This document shows positions 1 to 8,101 of a stretch of DNA of 43,900 nt, piece by piece. Source of the DNA: Escherichia phage slur05; sequence record NC_028901.1, one strand, 5' to 3'. The notes under the pieces were generated by a model. It had not been told where the DNA came from. It ran no database searches and saw nothing but the letters and a program-made list of their open reading frames with translations. Position numbers and translations under genes: made by a program. Numbering within the stretch: the stretch's first letter is position 1; each line of letters begins with the position of its first letter.

Positions 1-1192
1 GTTCTCATCCCTGCTGGTCGTAGACGGCACCGGACCGGAGAAGGACCGTATTGCCGCGCTTGAGAGCGACGCTAACGTGGTTTGTGTTAACTACGATGTG
101 GTTGAGTGGCTGGTCGACTATTACGGCGATGCGTGGCCCTTTACGGTCGTTGTTGCCGATGAATCGACTAAGCTGAAAGGCTATCGTAGCAAGCAGGGGA
201 GCAAGCGCGCCCGCGCACTGGCAGCGATTGCACATAAACACGTCAAGCGCTGGATTAACCTGACCGGCACACCAGCGCCAAACGGGCTAAAAGACCTGTG
301 GGGGCAGACGTGGTTTGTCGACGGTGGCGAACGACTCGGCAGTAGTTATAAGGCATTCACCGATCGCTGGTTCATTAGCAAGCCTGTTAAGCCTGGAAGC
401 TTCACGATGCAGCACGCCCCGCTAAAGAACTCCGAGAAAGAAATACAACAACGCCTGTCTGACGTATCACTAACCGTTGACGCGGCTGAATACTTCGGAT
501 GCGACAAGCCAATCTATACGCCGGTTGTTGTGGACCTGCCGAAGAAAGCCCGCAAGATCTACGACCAGTTTGAAAGCGAGCTATTTGCCGAACTGGAAAG
601 CGGAACAGTGGAAGCGGCGAACGCGGCATCGAAGACAATTAAGTGCCTTCAGCTTGCATCCGGGGCCGTGTATAAGGTGGATGAAGACGGCGAACGGACC
701 GACAAGTGGGTGAAGATTCACGACGCGAAGCTGGACGCGCTGGAAAGTATCGTGGAGGAGTTGAACGGTGCGCCGTTGCTCGTTGCGTATCAGTACAAGC
801 ATGACCTGGCACGTCTTAAGAAGAAATTTCCGCACGGCGTTGCGCTGGGTAAAGGTAAGCAGGGCAATAAGGATATGGAAGCGTGGAACAGAGGCGAGAT
901 CCCCATCATGTTTGCGCACCCGGCATCGGCGGGCCACGGCCTTAACTTGCAGGACGGCGGTCATCACCTGGCAATCTTCTCCGATACCTGGAACTTTGAG
1001 CACTTTTCGCAGATCGTTGAACGTATCGGGCCGGTTCGCCAGATGCAAGCAGGACACCCCCGTCCGGTATTCGTCTACATTATCCAGGCGCGCGGAACAC
1101 TGGACGAACTGGTCGCCGAGCGTCGCGACAGTAAGCGGGATATTCAGGACGACTTGATGGAATACATGAAAGCTAAAAAGGCGCGCAAATGA
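1..1192 (+). CDS. SNF2-family helicase, C-terminal part (5' end outside window)
   Basis: Frame is open from base 2 with no upstream stop, so the gene starts before the window. Translation shows SNF2 motifs: VVADEST (DExx box), LTGTPAPNGLKDLW (motif III), GLNLQ and QIVERIGPVRQ (C-terminal helicase motifs). Confidence 0.75.
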   Translation, partial: FSSLLVVDGTGPEKDRIAALESDANVVCVNYDVVEWLVDYYGDAWPFTVVVADESTKLKGYRSKQGSKRARALAAIAHKHVKRWINLTGTPAPNGLKDLWGQTWFVDGGERLGSSYKAFTDRWFISKPVKPGSFTMQHAPLKNSEKEIQQRLSDVSLTVDAAEYFGCDKPIYTPVVVDLPKKARKIYDQFESELFAELESGTVEAANAASKTIKCLQLASGAVYKVDEDGERTDKWVKIHDAKLDALESIVEELNGAPLLVAYQYKHDLARLKKKFPHGVALGKGKQGNKDMEAWNRGEIPIMFAHPASAGHGLNLQDGGHHLAIFSDTWNFEHFSQIVERIGPVRQMQAGHPRPVFVYIIQARGTLDELVAERRDSKRDIQDDLMEYMKAKKARK

Positions 1193-1884
1193 CAATCTGG
1201 TCACTGTTTGACGGCAGCGGCTTGATGATTGAGCGTGCGGCTGAGATGGGGCATAAGTGTTATTGCTTCAACTACTCCGAAGCCGATCACGGGTCTTACC
1301 TTGACTACCGGATTTATGGTCGCGGAATCCGGTATCGCAATGAGTTTATCGATCTGGACTTTGTAGACCGTGCGATGAATGGCGATTTCGGTACGCCAGA
1401 TATCATCTATGCGTTTCCTCCGTGCACGGATCTGGCAGTGAGCGGCGCGCCAGCTTTCCCGCGCAAACGTGCAAAAGACCCCGCCTTTCAGCTTAAGGCG
1501 GTGCGCACCGCGAAGATCGCCGCTTACCTGGGTGACTTCTTCGAAGTGCCATATATGATTGAGAATCCGCGCAGTGTGCTTTCCACCCAGTGGCGCAAGC
1601 CGGATCACTCGTTCGACCCGTGGGAGTATGGGGGGTATCTGCCGGAGGATGACGTACACCCGCTCTTCCCGGAATACATCAACGCCCGCGATTCATATCC
1701 GAAGCTGACTTGCTTATGGACCGGCAACGGCTTCCGTATGCCAGAGAAGAAACCTGTTTTCGTTGAAAAAGGGTACTCGAAACAGTATAGTCGCCTCGGT
1801 GGTAAATCCGCTCGTACAAAATTAATCCGCTCACTCACTCCGCGCGGCTTCGCGATAGCGGTTAACGAGGAAAATTTAAAATGA
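1189..1884 (+). CDS. Mini C5-cytosine methyltransferase-like protein (231 aa)
   Basis: ATG overlaps the helicase stop (ATGA). Ordered C5-MTase-like motifs: LFDGSG (motif I), FPPCTD (PC catalytic motif), IENPR (ENV-like), RSLTPRGFA (motif IX-like). Too short to carry a normal target-recognition domain. Confidence 0.45.
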   Translation: MTIWSLFDGSGLMIERAAEMGHKCYCFNYSEADHGSYLDYRIYGRGIRYRNEFIDLDFVDRAMNGDFGTPDIIYAFPPCTDLAVSGAPAFPRKRAKDPAFQLKAVRTAKIAAYLGDFFEVPYMIENPRSVLSTQWRKPDHSFDPWEYGGYLPEDDVHPLFPEYINARDSYPKLTCLWTGNGFRMPEKKPVFVEKGYSKQYSRLGGKSARTKLIRSLTPRGFAIAVNEENLK

Positions 1885-2204
1885 ACGCTACATACGAAAC
1901 CATCGATTTTTCGGTCGCAATGACTAACCAGCTATTCACCTACGACAGCAAAACCGGAGTCATCCGTCTGAAGTCCGCCGGCTGCAAGATTGGCAACATC
2001 AATACTGCCGACGGCGGAACACGTATCGAATGCAACGGAAAGACGCTGTCTGGCGCACGCGTGGCGTGGATTATTGAGACGGGCAATACAATCCCTCCAG
2101 GCTTCGCCGTTGTGTGCCGCCAGCGCACACCAGGGCACTACGGCAACCGAATCAGCAATCTGTATTTGGTAGACGTTGCACGCGACCCTAACTTTTATGC
2201 GTAA
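1881..2204 (+). CDS. HNH_3/homing-endonuclease-like protein, probably degenerate
   Basis: ATG overlaps the previous stop. Pattern IECNGKTLSGARVAWIIETGNTIPPGFAV...GNRISNLYLV resembles HNH_3 proteins, but the expected DH/HN catalytic residues are replaced. Confidence 0.3.
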   Translation: MNATYETIDFSVAMTNQLFTYDSKTGVIRLKSAGCKIGNINTADGGTRIECNGKTLSGARVAWIIETGNTIPPGFAVVCRQRTPGHYGNRISNLYLVDVARDPNFYA

Positions 2205-2238
2205 ATTGGTTGCATAATTAGATTGGTTGCATTATCTT
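2205..2238 (+). promoter_or_regulatory. Promoter-like element: tandem ATTGGTTGCAT boxes, TTGCAT-17-TATCTT
   Basis: ATTGGTTGCAT at 2205-2215 and 2222-2232; -35-like TTGCAT 2210-2215, -10-like TATCTT 2233-2238. Confidence 0.4.
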
Positions 2239-2284
2239 AAGGGTGTCCGGTTGGACGCCCTTTTTAATACCTGGAGACAACACG

Positions 2285-2749
2285 ATGAAAATTTTACAAG
2301 AAGAGAAAAATTACTGGGCCGCGCAATGCCTCGAAGCCCGCGAACAGGCCGAACGTGTTAGCGCGCTGGCGGACACCTACCTGGCGAGCTATGAAGGCGA
2401 GGAGAAGGCGCGCAAGGAATTAGAGGAGCGCTTCGAACTGCTGTATGAGTTGATGGGTATTATGCAGCGCACCGGGTACACAACCTCCGTCGCGCTAAAC
2501 CGCATCACTGCCGAAGGTCTGCGCGAGCATTGCAAACGGGCCGAGGCGTACGTGCGCCCCAAAGGTCGCCAGTCTAAGATCGACCGTAAAGACCTGGTAC
2601 GTATGGCATGGCGCAACCCCACAAACGGCAAATTCTACCCGGATGCGCGCCCTTTAGGTGTGTCGGAGACGCAGCGATTGCAGCGAATCCTGAAAAAAGG
2701 TGACAAGATTGCCCTGTACGCGATAGATCCAGATCATGCAGAAGAGTGA
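2285..2749 (+). CDS. Hypothetical protein (154 aa)
   Basis: ORF with GGAGA 7 nt upstream of ATG 2285; preceded by promoter-like tandem ATTGGTTGCAT boxes; predicted helical/coiled protein. Confidence 0.5.
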   Translation: MKILQEEKNYWAAQCLEAREQAERVSALADTYLASYEGEEKARKELEERFELLYELMGIMQRTGYTTSVALNRITAEGLREHCKRAEAYVRPKGRQSKIDRKDLVRMAWRNPTNGKFYPDARPLGVSETQRLQRILKKGDKIALYAIDPDHAEE

Positions 2750-3245
2750 GCAAAAAGATGGCTGGCGCACGCCGCCAGCTTTATTTAAACCACTGCGTCG
2801 GAAGTACCGATTCCGTTACGATATGGCGGCAAGCGATGCCAACCACCTGCTACCGCGTTACTTCACGGCGGAGCACAGCGCGCTTGATGTGGACTGGGCA
2901 GAGTTGAAAGGGTGGAAGTGGTGCAATCCGCCGTACTCCGATCCGCTGCCGTGGGTAGAGTGCGCTGCGCACGGACGCCGGACCGTCATGCTACTGAATC
3001 AGGACACGTCGACGAAGTGGGCGAAGCTGGCCAGGAAGACTGCAAACCTGATTATTTTGCTGGACTGGCGGATCCGGTTTATACACGCCGTCACCGGTAA
3101 GGTCGGGCCGAGCAACAACAAGTGCCAGCAATTGATAATCTTTGAAGAAGTGCCGCCAAACGGCAGCGCACAAATCGAAATAATGAGCGAAGGTGAATTA
3201 AATGAATATCTTAGTCGTCGACCGAAGTCCTCGCGTCGTGGATGA
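2736..3245 (+). CDS. Phage Dam-family N6-adenine DNA methyltransferase
   Basis: N-terminal WRTPP and the NPPY motif (CNPPYSD) typical of small phage N6-adenine methyltransferases; start overlaps the upstream gene. Confidence 0.65.
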   Translation: MQKSEQKDGWRTPPALFKPLRRKYRFRYDMAASDANHLLPRYFTAEHSALDVDWAELKGWKWCNPPYSDPLPWVECAAHGRRTVMLLNQDTSTKWAKLARKTANLIILLDWRIRFIHAVTGKVGPSNNKCQQLIIFEEVPPNGSAQIEIMSEGELNEYLSRRPKSSRRG

Positions 3246-3423
3246 AATAATTAAACGCTACCAGGTTTTCCCTGGAAATAAAGTAAGGCGCGCAAGCCAA
3301 CCTCATCAATTGCTGGGCCTTGACCTAACTGGCTGGCTTGTCATGACGGCGCGTTGCCATCTTGTGTGCGACGCATTCTCGGCCCGTATTGTACGTGAAA
3401 ATTTAATGGCGGAATTAAAATGA
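3202..3423 (+). CDS. Hypothetical small protein (73 aa)
   Basis: ORF overlapping both neighbours by a few bases, consistent with translational coupling; no recognisable motif. Confidence 0.3.
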   Translation: MNILVVDRSPRVVDEIIKRYQVFPGNKVRRASQPHQLLGLDLTGWLVMTARCHLVCDAFSARIVRENLMAELK

Positions 3424-3890
3424 AACTACTGATTTGCGATTTAGATGGCGTTATCAACGGGTCAAGCAGTGTGCGCGACGACCTAGTTCCGGGGATCAAG
3501 ACTAAATCAACGTTTTGGGCGAAGTGGCATAAGGCCCACGTCCGCGAAGACATTAATTATGACATGCTGCCGTTATTGCGCATGTACGCTAAACAGGGCT
3601 TCGACATTGCGTACCTGTCAAACCGCCAGTCAGATTGCTGGGAGTCAACGAAAGAGCAATTGGATAGATTCCCGAAAGGTCGTCTGTTCTTACGCCATAT
3701 GCTTGATGACACGCCGCCTCCAGAGTACAAGGCCCGTTCCGTATTTGGCCTGGTGTGCTATGCAGAAGTTAACGAACTGGTCATCATTGACGACTGCGCG
3801 AAGAACATCGCCGCCATCAAACGGGCGTGTGAAGAACTGGTCCCGCATATTTATTCTGTGAATCTTGCAAAATTCACTTGCAACCAATAA
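3420..3890 (+). CDS. HAD-superfamily hydrolase/phosphatase-like protein
   Basis: N-terminal DxDGV motif (LICDLDGVING) and a C-terminal aspartate motif (VIIDDCAKN), as in HAD phosphatases. Confidence 0.5.
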   Translation: MKLLICDLDGVINGSSSVRDDLVPGIKTKSTFWAKWHKAHVREDINYDMLPLLRMYAKQGFDIAYLSNRQSDCWESTKEQLDRFPKGRLFLRHMLDDTPPPEYKARSVFGLVCYAEVNELVIIDDCAKNIAAIKRACEELVPHIYSVNLAKFTCNQ

Positions 3891-3906
3891 TGCAACCAAC
3901 TATATT
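3878..3906 (+). promoter_or_regulatory. Sigma70-like promoter TTGCAA-17-TATATT
   Basis: -35 TTGCAA 3878-3883, 17 bp spacer containing TGCAACCAA, -10 TATATT 3901-3906; upstream of gene 3953-4474. Confidence 0.5.
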
Positions 3907-3952
3907 AACCACATCGGGAGGCAATACCGCCTCCCCTAAAAGGAGACAAACC

Positions 3953-4474
3953 ATGAAAGCATACGAATACTGCAAAAACGCCGCCACCACTATGGAACAG
4001 CGCGGGAAAGAAAACGGCTATGACAACGCGAAAGACGAACGCAGCGCTAAACAGGTCGCCGCCGTGTTTAACGCGCTTACCGGGCGCAACCTTACCGAGC
4101 AAGAAGCCTGGACCTTCCTGATCTGCCTGAAGCTGGTGCGCCAGCACCGTAAGCACCAGGAAGATAACATCGTGGACCTGGTAGCATATGCCGCACTGCT
4201 GGGTGAGTCTTACATGACCGTGCATGACGAGATTCAGATCGATACAACGGCAGCACAATTCGACAGCCTCAAAGGCTGGCCCATCTCCACCGGCGGAACG
4301 TGGCGTCCTTCGGCATCTGCGGGCAAGACTGTCAAAGCCGCCGATTTCGGCGTCGTAGCCCAGGACGTCCAGCCTATTGTCGTGCTCACTGGCGAGGATG
4401 GGTCCAAAATCCTCATGACGCCGGAAGATTTCCGTAATATGGAAAAAACACTGGTGACTGGCGCACTTAAATAA
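3953..4474 (+). CDS. Hypothetical protein (173 aa)
   Basis: AAGGAGA RBS before ATG 3953; upstream promoter TTGCAA-17-TATATT (3878-3906); followed by a UUCG-loop hairpin at 4483-4498. Confidence 0.5.
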   Translation: MKAYEYCKNAATTMEQRGKENGYDNAKDERSAKQVAAVFNALTGRNLTEQEAWTFLICLKLVRQHRKHQEDNIVDLVAYAALLGESYMTVHDEIQIDTTAAQFDSLKGWPISTGGTWRPSASAGKTVKAADFGVVAQDVQPIVVLTGEDGSKILMTPEDFRNMEKTLVTGALK

Positions 4475-4482
4475 TGCTAATA

Positions 4483-4498
4483 GCGGGCTTCGGCCCGC
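4483..4498 (+). other. Stable UUCG-tetraloop hairpin without a U-tract
   Basis: GCGGGC-TTCG-GCCCGC directly after the stop of gene 3953-4474; no T-run, so more likely a stability/processing element than a terminator. Confidence 0.35.
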
Positions 4499-4516
4499 AT
4501 CAATGAAGGATCCACA

Positions 4517-5092
4517 ATGTACGGCGAATACGAAATATCTGGTAAACAATTCCACCTGGCGGCAATGATAGCAAGCATCGAGTTTGACCAGTGGAGATAC
4601 AAGTCTGACGCGTGCAAGCAAAGCCGTCTTGTCGGTGTGCTGGGCGAGATGTTTGCAGGCATGTACCTCGAAGGGCAGGCGGGCGGGCGTAGCTGTATTC
4701 CACAAGGTTTGCTAATGCGTACCGGCATGTTTAGCGCTAACACTATCGACCGCGGCGATATTATCATGGTCGGCAAGCGCAAGGTTAAGTCCGGCCCCGA
4801 CTACAAAGAACACATGATTGATGCCGTCTGGACATATGAGGTTAAGGCCGCAAGCGGCATACGTCGCGGACTGGTAGAGGCGCGTTGCGCTCGCGAGTAT
4901 CTCACTCGTCGAGTTGCCGGTGTTATTCTGGTGGGGGTGTCGTTAGGGCCGCAAAGCGCGCATGGCGTGATTGAGGACATCGCAGAGCCATACGTGATTG
5001 TTAATGACTGGCCTTTAGTGGAAGTGGAAGGAAAGGAATACTACGAAAGCCCCCTGGTGCGGCGCAAAATGGACTGGGAAAACTCAAACTAA
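4517..5092 (+). CDS. Hypothetical protein (191 aa), possible PD-(D/E)XK-like nuclease fold
   Basis: ORF ending at a bidirectional terminator; segment PDYKEH...IDAVWTYEVK loosely resembles a D...(D/E)xK nuclease motif. Weak. Confidence 0.35.
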   Translation: MYGEYEISGKQFHLAAMIASIEFDQWRYKSDACKQSRLVGVLGEMFAGMYLEGQAGGRSCIPQGLLMRTGMFSANTIDRGDIIMVGKRKVKSGPDYKEHMIDAVWTYEVKAASGIRRGLVEARCAREYLTRRVAGVILVGVSLGPQSAHGVIEDIAEPYVIVNDWPLVEVEGKEYYESPLVRRKMDWENSN

Positions 5093-5115
5093 AAAAAGGG
5101 GCCGCACTGCCCCTT
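5089..5115 (-). terminator. Rho-independent terminator after the tail fiber gene (also faces the convergent plus-strand gene)
   Basis: Stem AAGGGGC/GCCCCTT with loop CGCACT, followed on the minus strand by a T7 tract. Confidence 0.6.
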
Positions 5116-5119
5116 CTCG

Positions 5120-6805
5120 TTATGCTTTAGTCAGTGCCTCGACCGCGACTTTCAAATCAGCTACGGCAGCTTTCAGTTCTGCAATCTCGGCCTTGTTCGC
5201 CTCGTCACGCGCTCTTAACGCTTTAATAGCTGCCAGGCAATCCGCGACAAGCGGGTTTAAGTCTAACGTCATCATCCCCGGCACTTCGTGGTCGTGCACA
5301 TATTCCCTGTCAACCGTTGCCGCTTGCTGTGCAATGATTCCGCGTCGCGTAGATCTCTCCGGTTCGTCAAACGTGTACCGGAACAACTTAAACTCAAGGC
5401 GGTTGATGTTATCCAGTGCCGCTTCCACATTTAAATTGCCCTTAATATCCTTCACACGGGCGTCAGACTTACCAGCATCTTGCACCCGCGACCATGTTTT
5501 CGTTGTGGAGGAGACTTGCGCGTTGCCGGAGTCGTTCCAACGATAGTAGAGCGCTGGCAGCGCGCCGACCATAACCTGTGCGACACGAGAGGGCGTGTAG
5601 GCAGATTGAAATCCTGCTCCGTTTACCGGTGCCCATGTAGGGGTGCTGATCGACTGCGAGAAAAAGCAAGCCTGCGTATTTGGGGGCGCGTATGAGTATT
5701 CAATCCCAAGTCCGTAGTCCCCCGGCTTCACCGCTTCGCACCAGTTCTGCAGCGCACCATTCTCTTTAGTTCTCCAGAAAAAACGGCTTTGACGTGCGGC
5801 GAACTGTACCGCGTAGTTTTCCTCAAACTTAACATGCAGACCCGCCGCCGAAGTACCCTCGATCGGTGATCCGAAGACGGTAGCGAGATAGGTGCTTCCG
5901 TCAACTTCGTTCCAACTTCCGCCAGGTGCGTTGCCGTTAATGCCATAATCCCCAACGCCGATTGCGTTGAGGGTCTGCCGTGCCGCTGATTTGTCAGTGA
6001 GGTCGGTTAGGTTGTTACTTACCTTAGCGTATTGAGACGGGTCAACCTCGTTTTTGAATTGTTCGGCCTCGTTCCTGTACCCCTGAGCGGCATCACGGGC
6101 GGCTTGCGCGTCCGTCTTCGCGGTGTTGGCCTGATCGCGAATAACTCCGGTATCCGTCTTAATTTGGTTGGTCTGGTCCTTGATGGCCTGCGTATCCGTC
6201 TTAATCTGGTTGGTCTGCGTCTTGATGGTATTGGTGGCGTCGTGGATAGCCTGTGTGTCCGTCTTAATCTGGTTGGTGTTGTTGTAGATGACCTGCGCGC
6301 CTTCCTTGAATCCTTTAGCTTCGTTCCTGGAATTCTGCGCGGCTGCTTCCGATGCGGCGGCTTGTTGCTGCAGGTCGCGCATTTCCACTGGGTCGATCTG
6401 TTTCATCAACTGCGACAGGTATCCCCATGACATACCCTGCATCACCTGCCCGTTCGGCAGCGTGACCGTGATTTCTTCAGCGTCGCCGAAGATTGCACGC
6501 CAGTTGTTTTCATCTGCAATCATCAAGCGCAATGCTTTTTGAGCCTGTACGGTAACGCCCATCGTTGCCAGTGACATGGTATCGCGCTTAACACCATCCC
6601 ACGCAAGGCCGGTTGCCGTTGGGCCGTCGAACGGCAACACCAGCGTGAGCGCGGTTGCGCTTTCAATGGACGCGATTGCCACGGTGTATGGGACTTGTCC
6701 TACCACCAGCGTCAAGAAGTCGCCAGCTTTAAACGCAGTAAACGTTGTGCCGACCCCTACTACAGCCTTGCTATTATTCGTTACAGATAGCGTACCCGCT
6801 GCCAT
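5120..6805 (-). CDS. Tail fiber protein
   Basis: 561 aa with Gly/Thr-rich N-terminus, tandem repeats TNQIKTDTQAI(K/H)DQ, C-terminal coiled coil; sits in the tail module with a strong terminator at 5089-5115. Confidence 0.65.
   Translation of the reverse strand: MAAGTLSVTNNSKAVVGVGTTFTAFKAGDFLTLVVGQVPYTVAIASIESATALTLVLPFDGPTATGLAWDGVKRDTMSLATMGVTVQAQKALRLMIADENNWRAIFGDAEEITVTLPNGQVMQGMSWGYLSQLMKQIDPVEMRDLQQQAAASEAAAQNSRNEAKGFKEGAQVIYNNTNQIKTDTQAIHDATNTIKTQTNQIKTDTQAIKDQTNQIKTDTGVIRDQANTAKTDAQAARDAAQGYRNEAEQFKNEVDPSQYAKVSNNLTDLTDKSAARQTLNAIGVGDYGINGNAPGGSWNEVDGSTYLATVFGSPIEGTSAAGLHVKFEENYAVQFAARQSRFFWRTKENGALQNWCEAVKPGDYGLGIEYSYAPPNTQACFFSQSISTPTWAPVNGAGFQSAYTPSRVAQVMVGALPALYYRWNDSGNAQVSSTTKTWSRVQDAGKSDARVKDIKGNLNVEAALDNINRLEFKLFRYTFDEPERSTRRGIIAQQAATVDREYVHDHEVPGMMTLDLNPLVADCLAAIKALRARDEANKAEIAELKAAVADLKVAVEALTKA
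6100..6300 (-). repeat. In-frame tandem repeats (~33 bp units) inside the tail fiber gene
   Basis: Repeated CCGTCTTAATCTGGTTGGTCTG-type units encoding TNQIKTDTQAIxDQ. Confidence 0.6.
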
Positions 6806-6826
6806 AGCTGAATCCTCTTAAATTGG

Positions 6827-6854
6827 TTGCAATCCTGGTTGAGCGGTGTAATAC
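6827..6854 (+). promoter_or_regulatory. Promoter-like element TTGCAA-16-TAATAC for the lipoprotein cassette
   Basis: ATTGGTTGCAA at 6822-6832 followed 16 bp later by TAATAC. Confidence 0.35.
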
Positions 6855-6885
6855 TAAAACTCAACCAAATATAGGGGATGATACC

Positions 6886-7107
6886 ATGAAAACTTTAATT
6901 ATGATTTGTGCGGTTCTTTTATCCGGTTGCGCCGTAGAACGCAACAACGGCGATTGCATTACGGTTGCGTACGGTAGCTGCATGTTGTGCTACGTTGATG
7001 GGCAAAAAGTCCCGGCAGGAGATGTGGACATGCGATTCACGGGGCTGTCTTCAGATAGCGACGGCAATTTCTCAGGCACAGTATCAGTTAAATCACGGGA
7101 GTGGTAA
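6886..7107 (+). CDS. Small lipoprotein (73 aa), Cor/Llp-like superinfection-exclusion candidate
   Basis: MKTLIMICAVLLSGC: signal peptide with lipobox LSGC; AGGGGA RBS; opposite strand to the flanking tail genes, with its own promoter-like element. Confidence 0.55.
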   Translation: MKTLIMICAVLLSGCAVERNNGDCITVAYGSCMLCYVDGQKVPAGDVDMRFTGLSSDSDGNFSGTVSVKSREW

Positions 7108-7109
7108 TA

Positions 7110-8075
7110 ATGGGCGCTGGAATACTTATCGACTATAACGACGGAAGACCGCGCATGGAGATCACCGCGGGACTTCGCGCGCCGTCATACTGCACCAGCT
7201 TTAACCAGCGGGCACAGTCCAATAAGACGTTAACCATTAACACCCCTCTTACGGCGGGGTCGCAGGTCGTCGTCGCTCTCACTCGCCCGGTAGAGGTGAT
7301 TGAGGTATTCGACCAGACACTGGTAATACCAGATCCGTTTTACGTTACGTCGGTTACTCGCAACGGTAATAGTGGTATCACCCTGCGCGGGGAGGATGCG
7401 TATGGCGCGTACTCTGGTTTACCACAATGGGCTGGCGTCATAATGGAAGTGCTGCCGGTTGGGTCGCGAAACGCAGGTTTACTGGTGGCTAACTCGACGG
7501 ACTTCACCGCCATATCCAACGTGTCTAAGCTAATGACCTGCCGATACGCACAGCGAGTACGCGTCAACGGTAGTATGGCCTTGCCCGTTAGCGGTGTCCC
7601 GTTCGCCCGCTGGGATGACGGCAACGTATCAGTAGGCTTCGATGGTGGCAGTATTATCGTCCGCAACGCGGCCTATGGTGGCATCGACGATGTGGCGGCT
7701 TCGGTGGACATGGACCTTGTCATATTCAACAATACACCACCCACGCCAGGGGCCGGGATCACTATGACAAATAACCAGAATCAGGTCACGTTCTCGACGG
7801 TGAACAAGCCGTTCGTATATGACCGCACGATTAACATCGGCACGGGCGACCAGAATATAGGAAACAGCCTGATCCAGCTTTCATACACCGGCGCGCTGAT
7901 TCAGAACAACGGGGGCTATAACCACGTCCGCATGAACGGAATACGCATGGCGGGTAATAATGTGCGCGTCGCTAAAAACCGCGTCATCGGCAACTACTCA
8001 CGGCAGCAATTCCAGATGCCAGGTAAAAATATTGCCGTACCCACCCCGCTACTCGTCATCCCGAATATGTATTGA
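7110..8075 (+). CDS. Hypothetical protein (321 aa) co-transcribed with the lipoprotein
   Basis: ATG 7110 with GGGAG RBS, 2 nt after the lipoprotein stop; Gly/Asn-rich, probably beta-rich; followed by hairpin 8077-8096. Confidence 0.45.
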   Translation: MGAGILIDYNDGRPRMEITAGLRAPSYCTSFNQRAQSNKTLTINTPLTAGSQVVVALTRPVEVIEVFDQTLVIPDPFYVTSVTRNGNSGITLRGEDAYGAYSGLPQWAGVIMEVLPVGSRNAGLLVANSTDFTAISNVSKLMTCRYAQRVRVNGSMALPVSGVPFARWDDGNVSVGFDGGSIIVRNAAYGGIDDVAASVDMDLVIFNNTPPTPGAGITMTNNQNQVTFSTVNKPFVYDRTINIGTGDQNIGNSLIQLSYTGALIQNNGGYNHVRMNGIRMAGNNVRVAKNRVIGNYSRQQFQMPGKNIAVPTPLLVIPNMY

Positions 8076-8100
8076 AAAGGGGCCGGATGGCCCCTTCGCA
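8074..8100. terminator. Bidirectional terminator-like hairpin between gene 7110-8075 and the J-like gene
   Basis: 8 bp stem AAGGGGCC/GGCCCCTT with 4 nt loop; T-rich flank on the minus strand. Confidence 0.5.
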
Positions 8101-8101
8101 T

